From positions 198,214,001 through 198,278,000 of the forward strand of contig OX597814.1 in assembly GCA_951406725.2 (NCBI GenBank): a DNA stretch of 64,000 nt, given 5' to 3'. This document shows, piece by piece, positions 52,473 to 64,000 of this stretch. The position numbers and the translations under genes were made by a program. The first letter of the stretch is position 1, and the number at the start of each line of letters is the position of its first letter. The notes under the pieces were generated by a model. It was not told where the DNA came from. It ran no database searches and saw nothing but the letters and a program-made list of their open reading frames with translations. Origin of the DNA: Octopus vulgaris. Lineage: Eukaryota.

Positions 52473-55400
52473 TCATACACTGTTCGCTTTCCAGACATTT
52501 GTACATTACTGCCTATACTTTATATGCACTTTTGACAAGTTGTGGTGCACCTGAGCACTGTATACAATAATTTCATTATTATTACTATTATTATTATTAT
52601 TATAATTATAATTTAATGTCCATTTTCCATGCTGGCATGGGTTGGATGGCTTGACAGGAGCTGGCAACCAGAGGACTGCACCAAGCTCCAGTCTGTTTTG
52701 GCATGGTTTTTACAGCTGGATGCCCTCCCTAATGCAAACCTCTTTCAGAAGGACTGGTCCTTTTCACATGGTACCAGTGGGGTCTGTTTTGGCATAGTTT
52801 TTACAGCTGGATGCTTAAGTACATGAAGTCTAATTTTGCTCAATCATATCAAGTGGTCACAGGAAAATGTTAGTCAAAGGCTAAAACTATGCGCCCTTCC
52901 CCTCCATTGGTCAGTTGAAGCTTCAGCAGTGTCATGTGACAGTTAGCTGGTGCTGGCTGCTGGAGCCTACCGGTGGGTATTTAAAGGGAAATGTGGCAGG
53001 ATGGTCATTTGCCCCACTGACATTTGTTGATATTGCATCAAAGAAATGAAAGAACAAAAGAGAAAAGGAGAAAGAAGAAACGCACTCAACACCAGAGCTG
53101 AAAGAGGAGGGCACCACGGTGAAAACAGTAGATGAGTAGGGGCCGAAACCGGATGTGGTTCCTCCTGATGATATTTTAAGCCACTGGATCCTATAAAGAA
53201 GCTGTTGAAGTAGCAAACCACGAAACATTGTTGGAACTCCTACTTAAAAATTAAAAAAAAAGTGTAACCCTTTTGACACTAATCAACCCTGTTCTATGAT
53301 ACAAATTCCCTGCCAAGAGAATTCTAAATAAATCTTGACAATGTTGCTTGAAGAACAGATGAGGGTTTAAAAAAAAAAGTAGTCCTTGTACCCAACATAA
53401 GTTGAGAAATGAAAAATTGAAAGAGAGGGAAAAATAAAATCATCAACAAATTTATTATTTACATTTGACGGATATTTGTCCTCATCTTGTTTGTTGTTAA
53501 AAAAAAACAAGGTTTTGGGTGATACACCCTCCAGCTTTCATCAGGTGTCTTGGGGAAATTTTGAACCTGAGTTCTCATTCCTAATGTAGTTTTCAATATT
53601 ATTATTATTATTACTATTATTATTATTATTATTATTCGGGCCACTGCCTGGAATCGAACTTGGAATCTTGGGGTTAGCAACCTGTGCTCTTAACCACTAC
53701 GCCATATGCCTGTGATTCCGAGTTCGATTCCAAGCAGTGACCAGAATAATAACAACATCGAAAACTACCTTAGGAATGAGAACCCAGGTCCGAAATTTCC
53801 CCAAGACACCTGACGAAGGCTGGAGGGTATATCAGCCGAAACGTTGAGTTAACAACAAACAAGATGAGGAGAAATATCCGTCAAATGTAAATAATGTAAG
53901 TAATGTACATAATTCCTCATCTCTTAAATACAGAAGTGTATTATCAGCAAATTTGTTTCCTTACTTGTTGTTGCTGACTCTGGGTCTGTAATAAGTAAAA
54001 ATCATCATGAGGGTCATCTGAATCTCCTTCATACCTTTGCTGTGTGTGACACAGTTGGGAACCTTGCAGCGCCAACATATCAATAAAAAACAAACTCAAC
54101 GGTGCTAGAACACACTCGTCTCCAAGTTTCACAGAATTATATTTGATGATCAAACTTTGTGGTTTTTTAATGTGTATGTTGTATTCATACACACCGTCTT
54201 GTTGCTAAAATGGCAAAAGACAAAAAAAAAAAAAAGAAAAGAGAAAAATTATAGATCAACATCATTTTAACATCTACTTTTCCAAGCATGAGTTGGACAG
54301 AATATACTGAGGCAGATTTTCTATGACTAGCTTCCCTTCTTGTTGCCAAACTTTACCCGTTTCCAAGCCATGCAAGTGTAAGTTCATGCCGTAAACGAAT
54401 GGTGAAACCGCGAATGGCTCAGGAACCGGACCTAATCCTCGGGACCCTATTCTTCCACCGCGAGGAGAGTGGATAACTGTGGCAATTCTACAGCTAATAC
54501 ATGCAACCGAAGCCGCGATCACAGGTCGCACCCGGGCGTCGGGCTCGAAAACGGCGGCGGCGCGGCCGGCGTTCGCTTGGCCAGTCCGGGGTGGTGCACC
54601 CGTGCTCGTGCCTTCCGGTCGCGATGATACAGTCGGCCTTCCGCATTGGTTGCGGTGCAAATATTAGACTGAGACCAATGCATACTGGCCGTCGCAGCAG
54701 CTGCCGCACATTCCAATATCTTTCCCAATGGCCAGACATTTTCATAGAATATTGAGAATTAATGACACTGCTAATATAACAGTGACACTCATTTACAACT
54801 ATAATTTAACACACTCACCGGTAAAATTCCACTTATCCCTTTTTTTATTTTTCTAAAATTTTCGTTGTGTTTTGCAACCTTTTCAATAGTTTTGCCTCTT
54901 GCAAACCAAATCCCAAAACGATATATTATATATACATTTTATTTTATTTACACCAAAATGTATTTATATATTTAAAAATTTTTATTTTTATTTATTTTCA
55001 GAATATCCTTATCATTTGATTTCTTTGCACGGTGATCTTGGTTGGCCTGCAAGATCTGATTTGAACCCGTGTGATTTCTTCTTGTGGGGATATTTAAAAT
55101 CAAAAGTATTCAGTCATCGTCCTCGATCTATTCATGAATTAAAACATGCCAATTTGTGTAGAAATAGCAACCATTCCAGAAGAAATGATCCATAGAGTTA
55201 TCGATAACTTTCAGGAACGTCTCCAACAGTGTGTTGACAATGATGGGAAGCATTTAGCTGATTTAATTTTAAAAACTCAATGAAATAAAATGGCATTATA
55301 TGTACATTCAGAAAATAAAATTTTTCTTTTCATTATTTCTTATTTTGTGCTTTTAAGCCTCCAAATGTATCAGATCATTTTGGTCCACCCTGTGTATATA

Positions 55401-55648
55401 TAACCCATGCTAGCATGGAAAGCGGATGCTAAATGATAATGAATGATGACCTGATGATGTGACCTCGTGAGTACCACTGGCGATTTTTTTTTCCTCTGTC
55501 TTCCCTTCTCGGGATCTTTCCTTCTATGTTTCCGACGAAGAGCTCCGCTCGAAACGTTAAACCCTCTTTCTTCCCTTCTTTCCTGAGCGTCCAATAATAC
55601 CTTATTTGTTCCACGACCTTGCGTTGTTGTGTTTTTTTGTTTGGATTA

Positions 55649-55683
<35 letters not shown>

Positions 55684-58600
55684 TTAGGAAGTTTCCAAAT
55701 AATTATCTTCAATGAAGGACACCTTCATACATTACGAAATATAATCACTGTAGCTATTATAGGTTTAAAGATGGTTTAAAGACAGATTGTATAAATTATA
55801 CAAGAGGAAAGACAGTTCAAAATCTCTTTCTTAGATCAACATAACTGGAAACTAAATAACAAAATCTTACTTGATCCATGTGACAATAAGTTTCTTTGAA
55901 TTCCTGTATGAGCCTTGTATCAACAATATCAGTTATTTTCAGGTGTTGGGGGTTGAATCCAGATTTTGTAAGTAACCACTGGAAGCACCTTGTAATATCA
56001 CTGCCTCCATAGTCCATAACAATTCTAATTAGAGAAGGGAGATGAGGAAGAAAGATAGTATTAATTGGCTATATTGTGTTATACCAAACAAATATACACA
56101 CACACAAGGAGCAAATATTCAAAAGCGAATATTTATATCTCTATATATATAAACGGCAAAATGTCTGTGTGTGTGTATCCTTTATACAAATCCACAATGT
56201 TTCAGTTAGAGGGCTCGCACACATCTTTACATTTTCCCAGTCACCCCGCAAAACCATTAAAAGATCAATAGAAGTGACTTTTTTGTGAATTTTCTATCCA
56301 AAACCCAATCAAAATGCCCGAAACTTGATACGCCAATTGAATGCCAGCTAGCTGTATGTGATTGGTTGGAGGTTTGGATAGTACTCGCGTGTATGTGTGC
56401 ACGCATGCAGCTGTATATGCATGCACTAGCACTATGACCCGGCGTTGCCGGGTCATAGTGCTAGTAGATATTATTATTGTTACTATTATCTGCTTTAAAT
56501 ATAAATAATTGATAGTAACGACGACAATAACATAGGTGGCTGCAGGCATTAAATAGCATTAGATAGTTATAGAATTAAAATTTGTATTTATCATAAGGGC
56601 ACAATTCAGAATTCAGGCAGACTTCAACGTGACAAGCTGAATTCTTTCATTTGGTAAAACTTGCTGAAGAGAGTTAAGACATTTTTGCCAGAACTGAAAA
56701 TCACGATGCAAGTGTATGCAAATGCCAAACTATATACCATTAAGCTGTGATGGTCTGTTTAAATTCTTTACCTGTTTGCCCAACCACTGTTGTTATCTAT
56801 TGAAGTTTTCAGTGTTATTGATGGTTTAGCTGAGGGTTTTAACTCCACTTTCCAGCAGGTAGGCACCTCGTGTGCCCTTTATATATCATCATGGTGGAAC
56901 ATAAGTCTCTAACACTACCTATGTGATCTTTGCCTCACATATGGTATAGTGTAGAAATATTACACTACTCATGTCAAAATTAAGATATCGTATTGAGCCT
57001 CTGGGATAAAACATAAAATGAGGCTGAAGAGCAAACATATTAAGCAACCATGTTCTCTCAAGTAATACCTACTTACCTAGTATTTCTATGAGATAATCCA
57101 TCTTCTACACAACAAACACTTGTCTTCTGATCTCCAACATCCAACACACAGGCACTACTTACACCAGCACCAAACGTGGCACAAACAGATTCCTGGAAAT
57201 AAATTAAGACAAAATTTTGTTTTGGTGTCTAATACTAACGGGAGCATAAAGAGCTTGCAAAGTGTGCTGGTGTCATGTAAAGGTCACCAGTGCTGGTGCC
57301 ACACAAAGAGCACCTGTGCTCGTGCCATGTAAAAAAAGTATCCAATACAATCTGTAAGATGATTCGTGTGAGGTAGGGCATCCAGTTGTAGAACCCTTGC
57401 AAAAAGAGATAATTGGATCCTGGAGCAATTCTCCAGAGCCTGTCAAACCATCCAACCCATGCCAGCATGGAAAACAGACTTTAAACAATGATGATGATGA
57501 TAATGATTATGTTAGTTTATAGGGGGCACTCTGAAATGACTGTTTTACACCATTTACTTAAAGACAGAACTTTTTTCTCCATGGGTCTTTTTACAACTGG
57601 ACGGGACGCCAGTCCATCGCAGCGTTACTCATTTTTGAAATGAAGTGTTTTGCTCAAGAACACAACGTGTCGCCTGGTCCAGGAATCGAAACCACAATCT
57701 TACGATCATGATGCTGACACCCTAACCACTAAACCATGCGCCTCCACTTAATGAAATAAGAATATATTAAGGGTATTTTTCATGACACAAGCACAAGAGA
57801 AAAAAAAAAAGACAGACTGAGTGAGATTGTAATAGAGAGTGATTTGGCTTTATGCCAGGTATTGAGAGAATGAAGTATAAAAGCAGGACGAGAACAGGTA
57901 TCTTGTAATAGGTGAGCTGGCAGAAACGTTAGCACGCCGGGTGAAATGCGTAGCCGTATTTCGTCTGCCATTACGTTCTGAGTTCAAATTCCGCTGAGGT
58001 CGACTTTGCCTTACATCCTTTCAGGGTCGATAAATTAAGTACCAGTTACGCACTGGGGTTGATATAATCGACTTAATCCCTTTGTCTGTCCTTTTTTGTC
58101 CCCTCTGTGTTTAGCCCCCTGTGGGTAGTAAAGAAATAGGTATCTTGTAATAGAGGCAACACATGGCTGCCCAGCATTATTTAAGTGTGGATGGGAGTAG
58201 CCAGGAAGATGATGATGATGGTAGTGAGAAGGTGACAGAGTGTAATTACGGATTACTTACTTGGTGAATAATAGCTGCAGAGAAACCGAGATTGTTTAGA
58301 AGAATATTCATCAATGCCTTTATGTGTTTATGAACATAGACGTCTGGAATCAGTAACACAACTCTATAATCCTGGAGGAAAAAGAATAAAGAAAACAAAA
58401 ATGAACTATAATTTAATTAATTCATGGTTTGATGGCTCAATGGGTAAAAGGGTTGGTAATTTAATTACTAGTCCTGTGTAGAGATAGAGGTTTCAATCTC
58501 AGTCTGCAACTATATATTCCAGAACATCCCGCTGTGCTTGAGGAGACCTGTTGAGTCAAGTACATGAACATCGAAATAAATATCAATGGAAATAGTAGTT

Positions 58601-61600
58601 GTGATACCTGTGCCGGTGGCACATAAAAGGCACCATCCGAACGTGGCCGATGCCAGCGCCGCCTCGACTGGCTTCTGTGCCGGTGGGACATAAAAAGCAC
58701 CATCCGAACGTGGTCGATGCCAGTGCTGCCTTGGCTGGCTTCCGTGCCGGTGGCACGTTAACAGCACCAACAGATCGTGGCCGATGCCAGACTCCCCTGG
58801 CACCTGTGCAGGTGGCACGTAAAAAGCACCCACTACACTCGCAGAGTGGTTGGCGTTAGGAAGGGCATCCTGCTGTAGAAACTACCAGATCAGATTGGAG
58901 CCTGGTGCAGCCTTCTGGCTCGCCAGCCCTCAGTCAAACCGTCCAACTCATGCCAGCATGGAAAGCGGACGTCAAATGACGACACTGATGATATTATAAA
59001 TTTGAGTTATTTTTCTGTCTGTTACGTTTTTATGTCCGTTAACTCCTCCTAGGAGGAGCAAGGACAACGAAACTCAAGCCAGCAATTCCCCTAATCCCAG
59101 AGAATGTCCTAAGGGGGTCTATTTTTTTTAAGGGCCACCTAATTTGGGCCCCACTGCCCCCCATTTGGGTTGGCCCAGGGCTATAATAGAAGACAACTGT
59201 CCAAGGTGACATGCAGCAAAACCTCACAAATGGTAAGTAAGCTTCTAAACCGCCGTGCTCTACCTGTAAAATCCTGACTTAACAAGTTCCACCATCTAAC
59301 CCATTCTACCACGGAGGATTAGACTTCAAACATTTAAACAAACAAATAAATTATATAAAATATATCAAAGAAAAACAGTCATGAAAAGTAGATTAAACAA
59401 ACATTTAGCTTCTGGCATATTACCCAACAACAGACCAGTCTGTGCAATTTTCTAGGTTCTGGGACATTTTTGAAATTTACTCATAAACAAAAAAACTTTC
59501 ACAGAGAGAAAAGAAAAAAGAAAAAAAACTTACACTTATGTCTTTACGAGGAATTCCTAGTTTGGTTTCTAAAGCTGTCGCCCAAATAGTTTCAAGATCA
59601 GCCAGAACAGCAGAAAAAGTTCCACCTGGTCCTTTATGTATGTTTAGTTGACTGTATCTGATTGGCCAATGTAAATTATAACAATCTGATGTTCGGACAT
59701 ATAAAGCCTGGAAAGATAAAGATTGAAGTTCACTGAGGAATTTAAGATTATTGGAGATTGTTGTAAAGCTGCAAAAATAGCAATAAAAACCCATCATCAT
59801 TGTTTTTAACATCTACTTTTCCATGCTTGCATGGGTTAGATGGAGGGCACTGAAGCAGATTTCTTCAGCCAGATGCCATTCCAGTTGTCAACCTTCCAGT
59901 CCCCAATTGTTGACCCTTAAGCTGATTCAATACCCACATGTCCTTCAATCATTTCTTCTCAATCTATTCCCTAAACCACATCACTGGTATGATGAAGGGT
60001 GGTATTACACCTACTCATACTCATTCCTCCTCATACAACAATCTCTTTCATCAAAATGACTCACTAATGAGGGATTATAACTGATCTGTTAGTGTCTGAT
60101 ACTCCCCTCCATTTACTCTCCCTAATTACACACCATCACTCCCTCATCCTCCTGAAAGCCATCCATCAATCCCTCATCCACCTGTAAAGCCAAACACCAT
60201 TTCCTTTTCCTCAAGTTATTCTTTATTATTTCACATCTAGTCTTCCTATACCATTACCACCTGGAATATCCATTACTCTCTCTTCCCCACCTTACCTGTT
60301 ATCACTACCTTTTCCTTCCTCATAGTCACCACCCTTTTTCTCCAGATGATGTTAGTAAGATTCATCCCACTCCTACCACTAACCATTTCTATGGCAACCC
60401 ATCACGTCCTCTCTCTCTCTTACCAAAGATGTGACTGATATCAGTGCTTCTCTCCCACTACATTCTACCATTACTTCCCCATTGCTCCCTACCTTTATTG
60501 TCTCTCTCTCCCAATTATCCCTGCTATTACTGTCTTTTTTCCCTTACTCTTTACTAGCAGTATCGCCCGGCGTTGCTCGGGTTTGTTTCGACCCTTTAGA
60601 ATTGGGATTTTCGAAAAGTAAAAATTTTGCATTATGTAGCTTGTTATTCTCTTTAAGTGAACATTTTTCTGGTTGAAATACACTGAAAAATGGCGACACA
60701 GCAGTAAAAAAATCGTAAAAAATAGGAATTTTCATAGAAAAAAAGGGACCTTTTTGATGTAAATAATTTGGTGTTAACATGGTCTGATTTGAATTTTTTC
60801 TTCTACGGAAGGAAGAGCAAGCCTTTTTCTATCATACTCTCAATTTTGGTCAACTTGCGCCGCAGGGTCTCGGAGGAGATAGTGTTAGTTGAAGGCTACC
60901 AAACCTGCCATGCACAGACAACTTCAGTTTTATATATATAGATTGCACTCCCTTAACCCACCTCTTACTTTCCATTCTCCCTCTCACCTTCATACATCTA
61001 CTGCAATCACCCCCTCTTCATCTGATATCATTGCTCTGAATGAACAGAGAAAACAGAGCGTGGGGGGGGGGGTCTCTTATTTGTGGGGTAGAATGCAACC
61101 TCAATGGAGATGATGTCAAGATAAAACGTACCCAATATATTCTAAAGAGCATGATAAATAAATTGAGATAGCACAAGATCAAAGAGACCCTTCAGTCATG
61201 TCTTGTTAAGGGCATCACAACCTCTTTAAATGCTGGTTCCACAAAGAAATAACACCCAGTATGCTCTGTAAAATAGATGGCATTAGGAATGACATCCTGA
61301 AGAAACCATATCAAAAACAGAACATACAAGTGAAGTACGGTTGTCTGACACTTTTAATAGGGCAGTAACTGTGAGTGGGAGCTCTCTTGAGAATGTAATG
61401 ACCCATCCAACAATGCTAGTATGGAAAGAGGATGCCAGCGCTGCCTTGACTGGCTTCCGTGCTGGTGGGACGTAAAAAGCACCAACCGTTCGTGGCCGTT
61501 GGCAGCCTACCCTGGCACCTAAAAAGCACCATCCGTACGTGGCCGATGCCAGCGCCGCCTTGACTGGCTTCCGTGTCGGTGGCATGTTAAAAACCACCAA

Positions 61601-61851
61601 CCGATCGTGGCTGTTGCCAGCTTCCCCTGGCACCTTTGCCGGTGGCACATAAAAAGCACCCACTACACTTACGGAGTGGTTGGCGTTAGGAAGGCATCCA
61701 GCTGTAGAAACACTGCCAGTTCAGACTGGAGCCTGGTGCAGCCTCTTGGCTTCCCAAACCCAGATCGAACCGTCCAACCCATGCTAGCATGGAAAACGGA
61801 CGTTAAACAATGATGATGATCATGAACATGATGACGACAGACACATAAATA

Positions 61852-61889
<38 letters not shown>

Positions 61890-62686
61890 ATGGATTGGAT
61901 TAGATTGCCTACGTTCAGTCCACTGTAGGACGAAGGCATTAGCATGTTCTCTCCTTCAACCACAGTCTGGTGTGGAGGCCGTAAATTTGAGCTTGAGATC
62001 ATACTGATTTAATGAGCATACTCTGCCATACTGGCTTGACATGGCTTGGCAGAACCATGCAGTTTTTATACTCTTACCGAGGAATAGTTAAGTCAATAAC
62101 ATCAACCCCAATGCTCAGCTGGTATTTATCTTATCAACCATGAAAGTATGAAAACCAAAGTTGGCCATAGAATGTAAGGAAGGACAAAATACTGCTAAGC
62201 ATTTCGCCTGACGTGCTAATAATTCTACCAGTTTGCCACATGACATATATGGGGCCAGGGAGGTAACTGGTGACAGCATTTAACTGCAGACTTCATGAGA
62301 GCACCTATATCGTCTGTCGTTACATTCTGAGTTCAAATTCCGCCGAGGTCGACTTTGCCTTTCATCCTTTTGGGGTCGATAAATTAAGTACCAGTTACGC
62401 ACTGGGATCGATGTAATCAACTTAATCCCTTTGTCTGTCCTTGTTTGTTCCCTCAGTGTTTAGCCCCTTGTGGGTAGTAAAGAAATATATATTGCTTTCA
62501 GAAAAATATAAACAAAAAGATAAAGAAATCAATACTGGTAAGAGTATAACAGTGGAAATACATAAGTCTGTAGTTGCTTACTTCTTCCCCAATCAAGAAC
62601 TCTGGTTTATCAATTGTGCTGGTCCAATTCAACGAGGAATGTGTATCAGTCCATTCGCCTAAAACACAGCTGTTGTAGGTTGCAAG
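48823..62686 (-). CDS. ACTR8: Actin-related protein 8 (INO80 complex subunit), 5'-partial: join(62582-62686,59534-59707,58261-58371,57077-57192,55871-56024,53965-54204,52024-52297,50556-50719,48823-48966)
   Basis: 1482 nt in frame (493 aa + stop), all GT-AG. Arp8-typical motifs: GEEALYV, YNLHWPIR, GPGG, LLIPD, HQESVCATFG, DVGDQKTSVCCVEDG, YGGSD, DPHD, KKKMYS-ILV-GGG, CLDTTQELWI, LRERAPFIW*. N-terminal exons lie beyond 64000. Confidence 0.96.
50073..50299 (+). mobile_element. SINE family B with 19-bp TSD. Other copies: ~33411-33640(-), 36082-36313(+), 42118-42537(-), 45004-45408(+), 46008-46467, 49100-49450(-), 57911-58138(+)
   Basis: GGCGGTGAGCTGG head, B-box-like GAGTTCAAATTC, core GCCTTTCATCCTTTCGGGGTCGAT (resembles a widespread metazoan SINE core domain). 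TSD GGTATTATTAAGGGACAGA; the 57911 copy has TSD AGGTATCTTGTAATAG. Confidence 0.88.
50556..50719 (-). CDS. ACTR8: ACTR8 exon (SNDEVKKKMYSCILVIGGGL...MDVITRAK)
   Basis: tttcag| acceptor, AAG|gtatga donor, 164 nt. Confidence 0.95.
51140..51910 (-). mobile_element. Degenerate CR1/L2-like LINE ORF2 3' fragment, interrupted at 51656-51868
   Basis: LQRCATKRVPSISHLPYSECLVSLGIDTL..RLAADL..THKII...NTRGHTYK...FFTL is a typical CR1-clade C-terminus. Confidence 0.78.
51656..51868 (-). mobile_element. 5'-truncated retroposon with (CAA)n tail. Plus-strand copies at ~5320-5545 and 6280-6345
   Basis: 12-bp TSD GACAAAGGTCTT at 51644-51655 and 51869-51880; body matches the reverse complement of 5325-5530. Confidence 0.8.
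52024..52297 (-). CDS. ACTR8: ACTR8 exon (AARLNAARKK...acidic linker...MGIDQAILHSINKL-)
   Basis: ctacag| acceptor, A|gtgagt donor, 274 nt. Confidence 0.93.
53965..54204 (-). CDS. ACTR8: ACTR8 exon (QQDGVYEYNIHIKKP...KLGDE...DDPHDDFYLLQTQSQQQQ)
   Basis: ttttag| acceptor, |gtaagg donor, 240 nt. Confidence 0.93.
54365..54714 (+). pseudogene. Dispersed 18S rRNA gene fragment (5' region through the V2 expansion), antisense within an ACTR8 intron
   Basis: Ordered universal SSU motifs AAGCCATGCA, GGTGAAACCGCGAATGGCTC, GGATAACTGTGGCAATTCTACAGCTAATACATGC, GGTGCAAATATTAGAC; abrupt GC/CpG-rich island in AT-rich DNA. Confidence 0.92.
54995..55392 (+). mobile_element. Tc1/mariner-superfamily transposase 3' fragment with right TIR
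   Basis: WPARS-DLNPCDFFLWGYLKSKVF motif, frameshifted tail, TIR-like end GGTCCACCCTG. Confidence 0.8.
55871..56024 (-). CDS. ACTR8: ACTR8 exon (RIVMDYGGSDITRCFQWLL...FKETYCHMDQ)
   Basis: ttag| acceptor, |gtaaga donor, 154 nt, phase fits. Confidence 0.94.
56138..56464 (+). mobile_element. Helitron-type element with an extended 3' hairpin
   Basis: A|TCTCTATATATATAAA start, terminal hairpin, CTAG|T end. Confidence 0.7.
57077..57192 (-). CDS. ACTR8: ACTR8 exon (ESVCATFGAGVSSACVLDVGDQKTSVCCVEDGLSHRNT-)
   Basis: ttccag| acceptor, AG|gtaagt donor, 116 nt. Confidence 0.96.
58261..58371 (-). CDS. ACTR8: ACTR8 exon (DYRVVLLIPDVYVHKHIKALMNILLNNLGFSAAIIHQ)
   Basis: ctccag| acceptor, |gtaagt donor, 111 nt. 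Confidence 0.95.
59534..59707 (-). CDS. ACTR8: ACTR8 exon (ALYVRTSDCYNLHWPIR...LGIPRKDIS)
   Basis: ttccag| acceptor, |gtaagt donor, 174 nt. Confidence 0.95.
60554..60942 (-). mobile_element. Helitron-type element with the same termini but a different interior
   Basis: Minus strand reads A|TCTATATATATAAAACTGAAGTTGT ... AAACCCGAGCAACGCCGGGCGATACTGCTAG|T. Confidence 0.8.
62582..62686 (-). CDS. ACTR8: ACTR8 exon (LATYNSCVLGEWTDTHSSLNWTSTIDKPEFLIGEE)
   Basis: tttttcag| acceptor, |gtaagc donor, 105 nt; joins the next exon to give GEEALYV. Confidence 0.9.
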
Positions 62687-62807
62687 CTGAAAAACAAAAT
62701 AGAAGTATTATGCCACCAGACAGTCAATGGAAACCATAATAAAGACACAGGGAATTGGCAGTCAGAATAATGGTAGTCTGAAGGTGGCAAACTGGAATAG
62801 TCAATAG

Positions 62808-63210
62808 GGATCTTTTCGGTTTGAACAGCAGTTTTTTAAAATAATTTCCACGTAACTAAACACTTTTAAACTTCGTATACTGGTAGAATGTGTTTATAAA
62901 ACATCTTTTTCTCTTGGCTATATTGAGAAAATTCTAGAGTTTGTAAGATATTTGTTTTTTTTTTTTTCAATTTCTGCAATTTCAACCAATCAATGACGTC
63001 TATTGAGGTGAAAACATTCTGTGCCGTATGAATATGTCCATCGTTTAAGAAACAGATTGGGTGTATTTACATTTCTGAAGAAAAAAAAGATACCCTTCCC
63101 CCCAACCCTTAAACAGATTGAAATACAATAGATCGATACTAGGGTCATAATTATGGGTGACAATTTCATGACACCGCTAGAAAAAACTGCCGTTCAAACA
63201 GAAAAGATCC
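62808..63210. mobile_element. Second copy of the Merlin-like MITE, opposite orientation
   Basis: Same TIRs; interior is the reverse complement of 19898-20320; TSD GTCAATAG / GTCAACAG. Confidence 0.88.
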
Positions 63211-64000
63211 GTCAACAGAGCATGGATACCTTTAGCAGAGATCACTCTGTCATAAGCATCAAGGCCAGGTATCTAATAAGAAGGAATGAGGAAGTTGTCT
63301 CAAACCAGTCTTAAACCTTTTGTTACCAACTCGGCCACAGCTGGCTGAAAAATTTTTTGGCTCAAATGAGCAACCCATCTGAGGTCAGCCGAGTGAACCC
63401 ATTGATATTTAGATGTGAATTTCAGCACAAATCTCATTAATACATTTGTGAAAACATGTAATTTCATTATGTAAATAGTTAAGTTACAGTATCTGACATT
63501 GTTTGACGTGATATCCAAGCTATGTGAATTTTGAGAGATTTTTTCCCACATTCTTTGGTGATTTTTGTTTTTAACTTTTAAAATGGATAACAGTTTTATG
63601 CTATCAAGCAGTTATTCTGAATTTGAGGGCTTTTCAATGGAAGATAAGGAGAAATCAAGCAAATGTAAGCTTGTTTGAAGTGATCACTGCAGAAACACTT
63701 ATGCAGAAAATAGACAAACTGAGAAAAAAGATAGCTTTTGGTTTACATGTATTTACCTGTAATTAGAGTCACTTTGAGACAAAAGTTATGCAATAGAATT
63801 GATTAAGAACCTTTTCTTCAATTGCGTTCCAGAAATCACATTAAAATGTCAATAAATGAAAAAGTTTCAGTTGTTTAATGAAACCAGTCTAAATTCATAG
63901 TTATTTTAAAATTTTATTGAAACTACTAAAATTTAATTGAAACTAATTACTTTTTAATAATAATTGTATAAAAAATTTAGTTATCTATTTTTTACTCTTC

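Noticed and set aside
53640-53710. Possible tRNA gene on the minus strand
   Set aside because: Acceptor stem does not pair and the sequence runs into a repeat body; it is a SINE-type head
54274-54755. GC-rich overlapping ORFs / apparent CpG-island promoter
   Set aside because: Explained by the 18S rRNA fragment

Overview
AT-rich, repeat-dense animal genomic DNA; the microsatellite load, SINE families and expanded 18S V2 region suggest a cephalopod (probably octopus), which is inference only. Two spliced minus-strand genes were reconstructed by hand. GMPPB is complete: 9 coding exons, 30519->15416, 1083 nt = 360 aa + stop. ACTR8/Arp8 is partial: the last 9 exons, 62686->48823, 493 aa + stop, with its 5' end beyond the window. 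All introns are GT-AG with consistent phases. The rest is mostly SINEs, Helitron-type elements, TIR MITEs, LINE and transposase fragments, (TA)n/(CA)n tracts and foldbacks. The most unusual signals are: an ~350-bp 18S rRNA fragment inserted inside a repeat in an ACTR8 intron; several minimal type I hammerhead-ribozyme motifs, one in a tRNA-headed element present as an inverted pair; a perfect spacerless 208-bp palindrome; and inverted SINEs tightly bracketing GMPPB exon 8. No novel protein-coding system was found, and most ORF-track entries are repeat artefacts. Repeat boundaries are approximate and nothing was database-searched.
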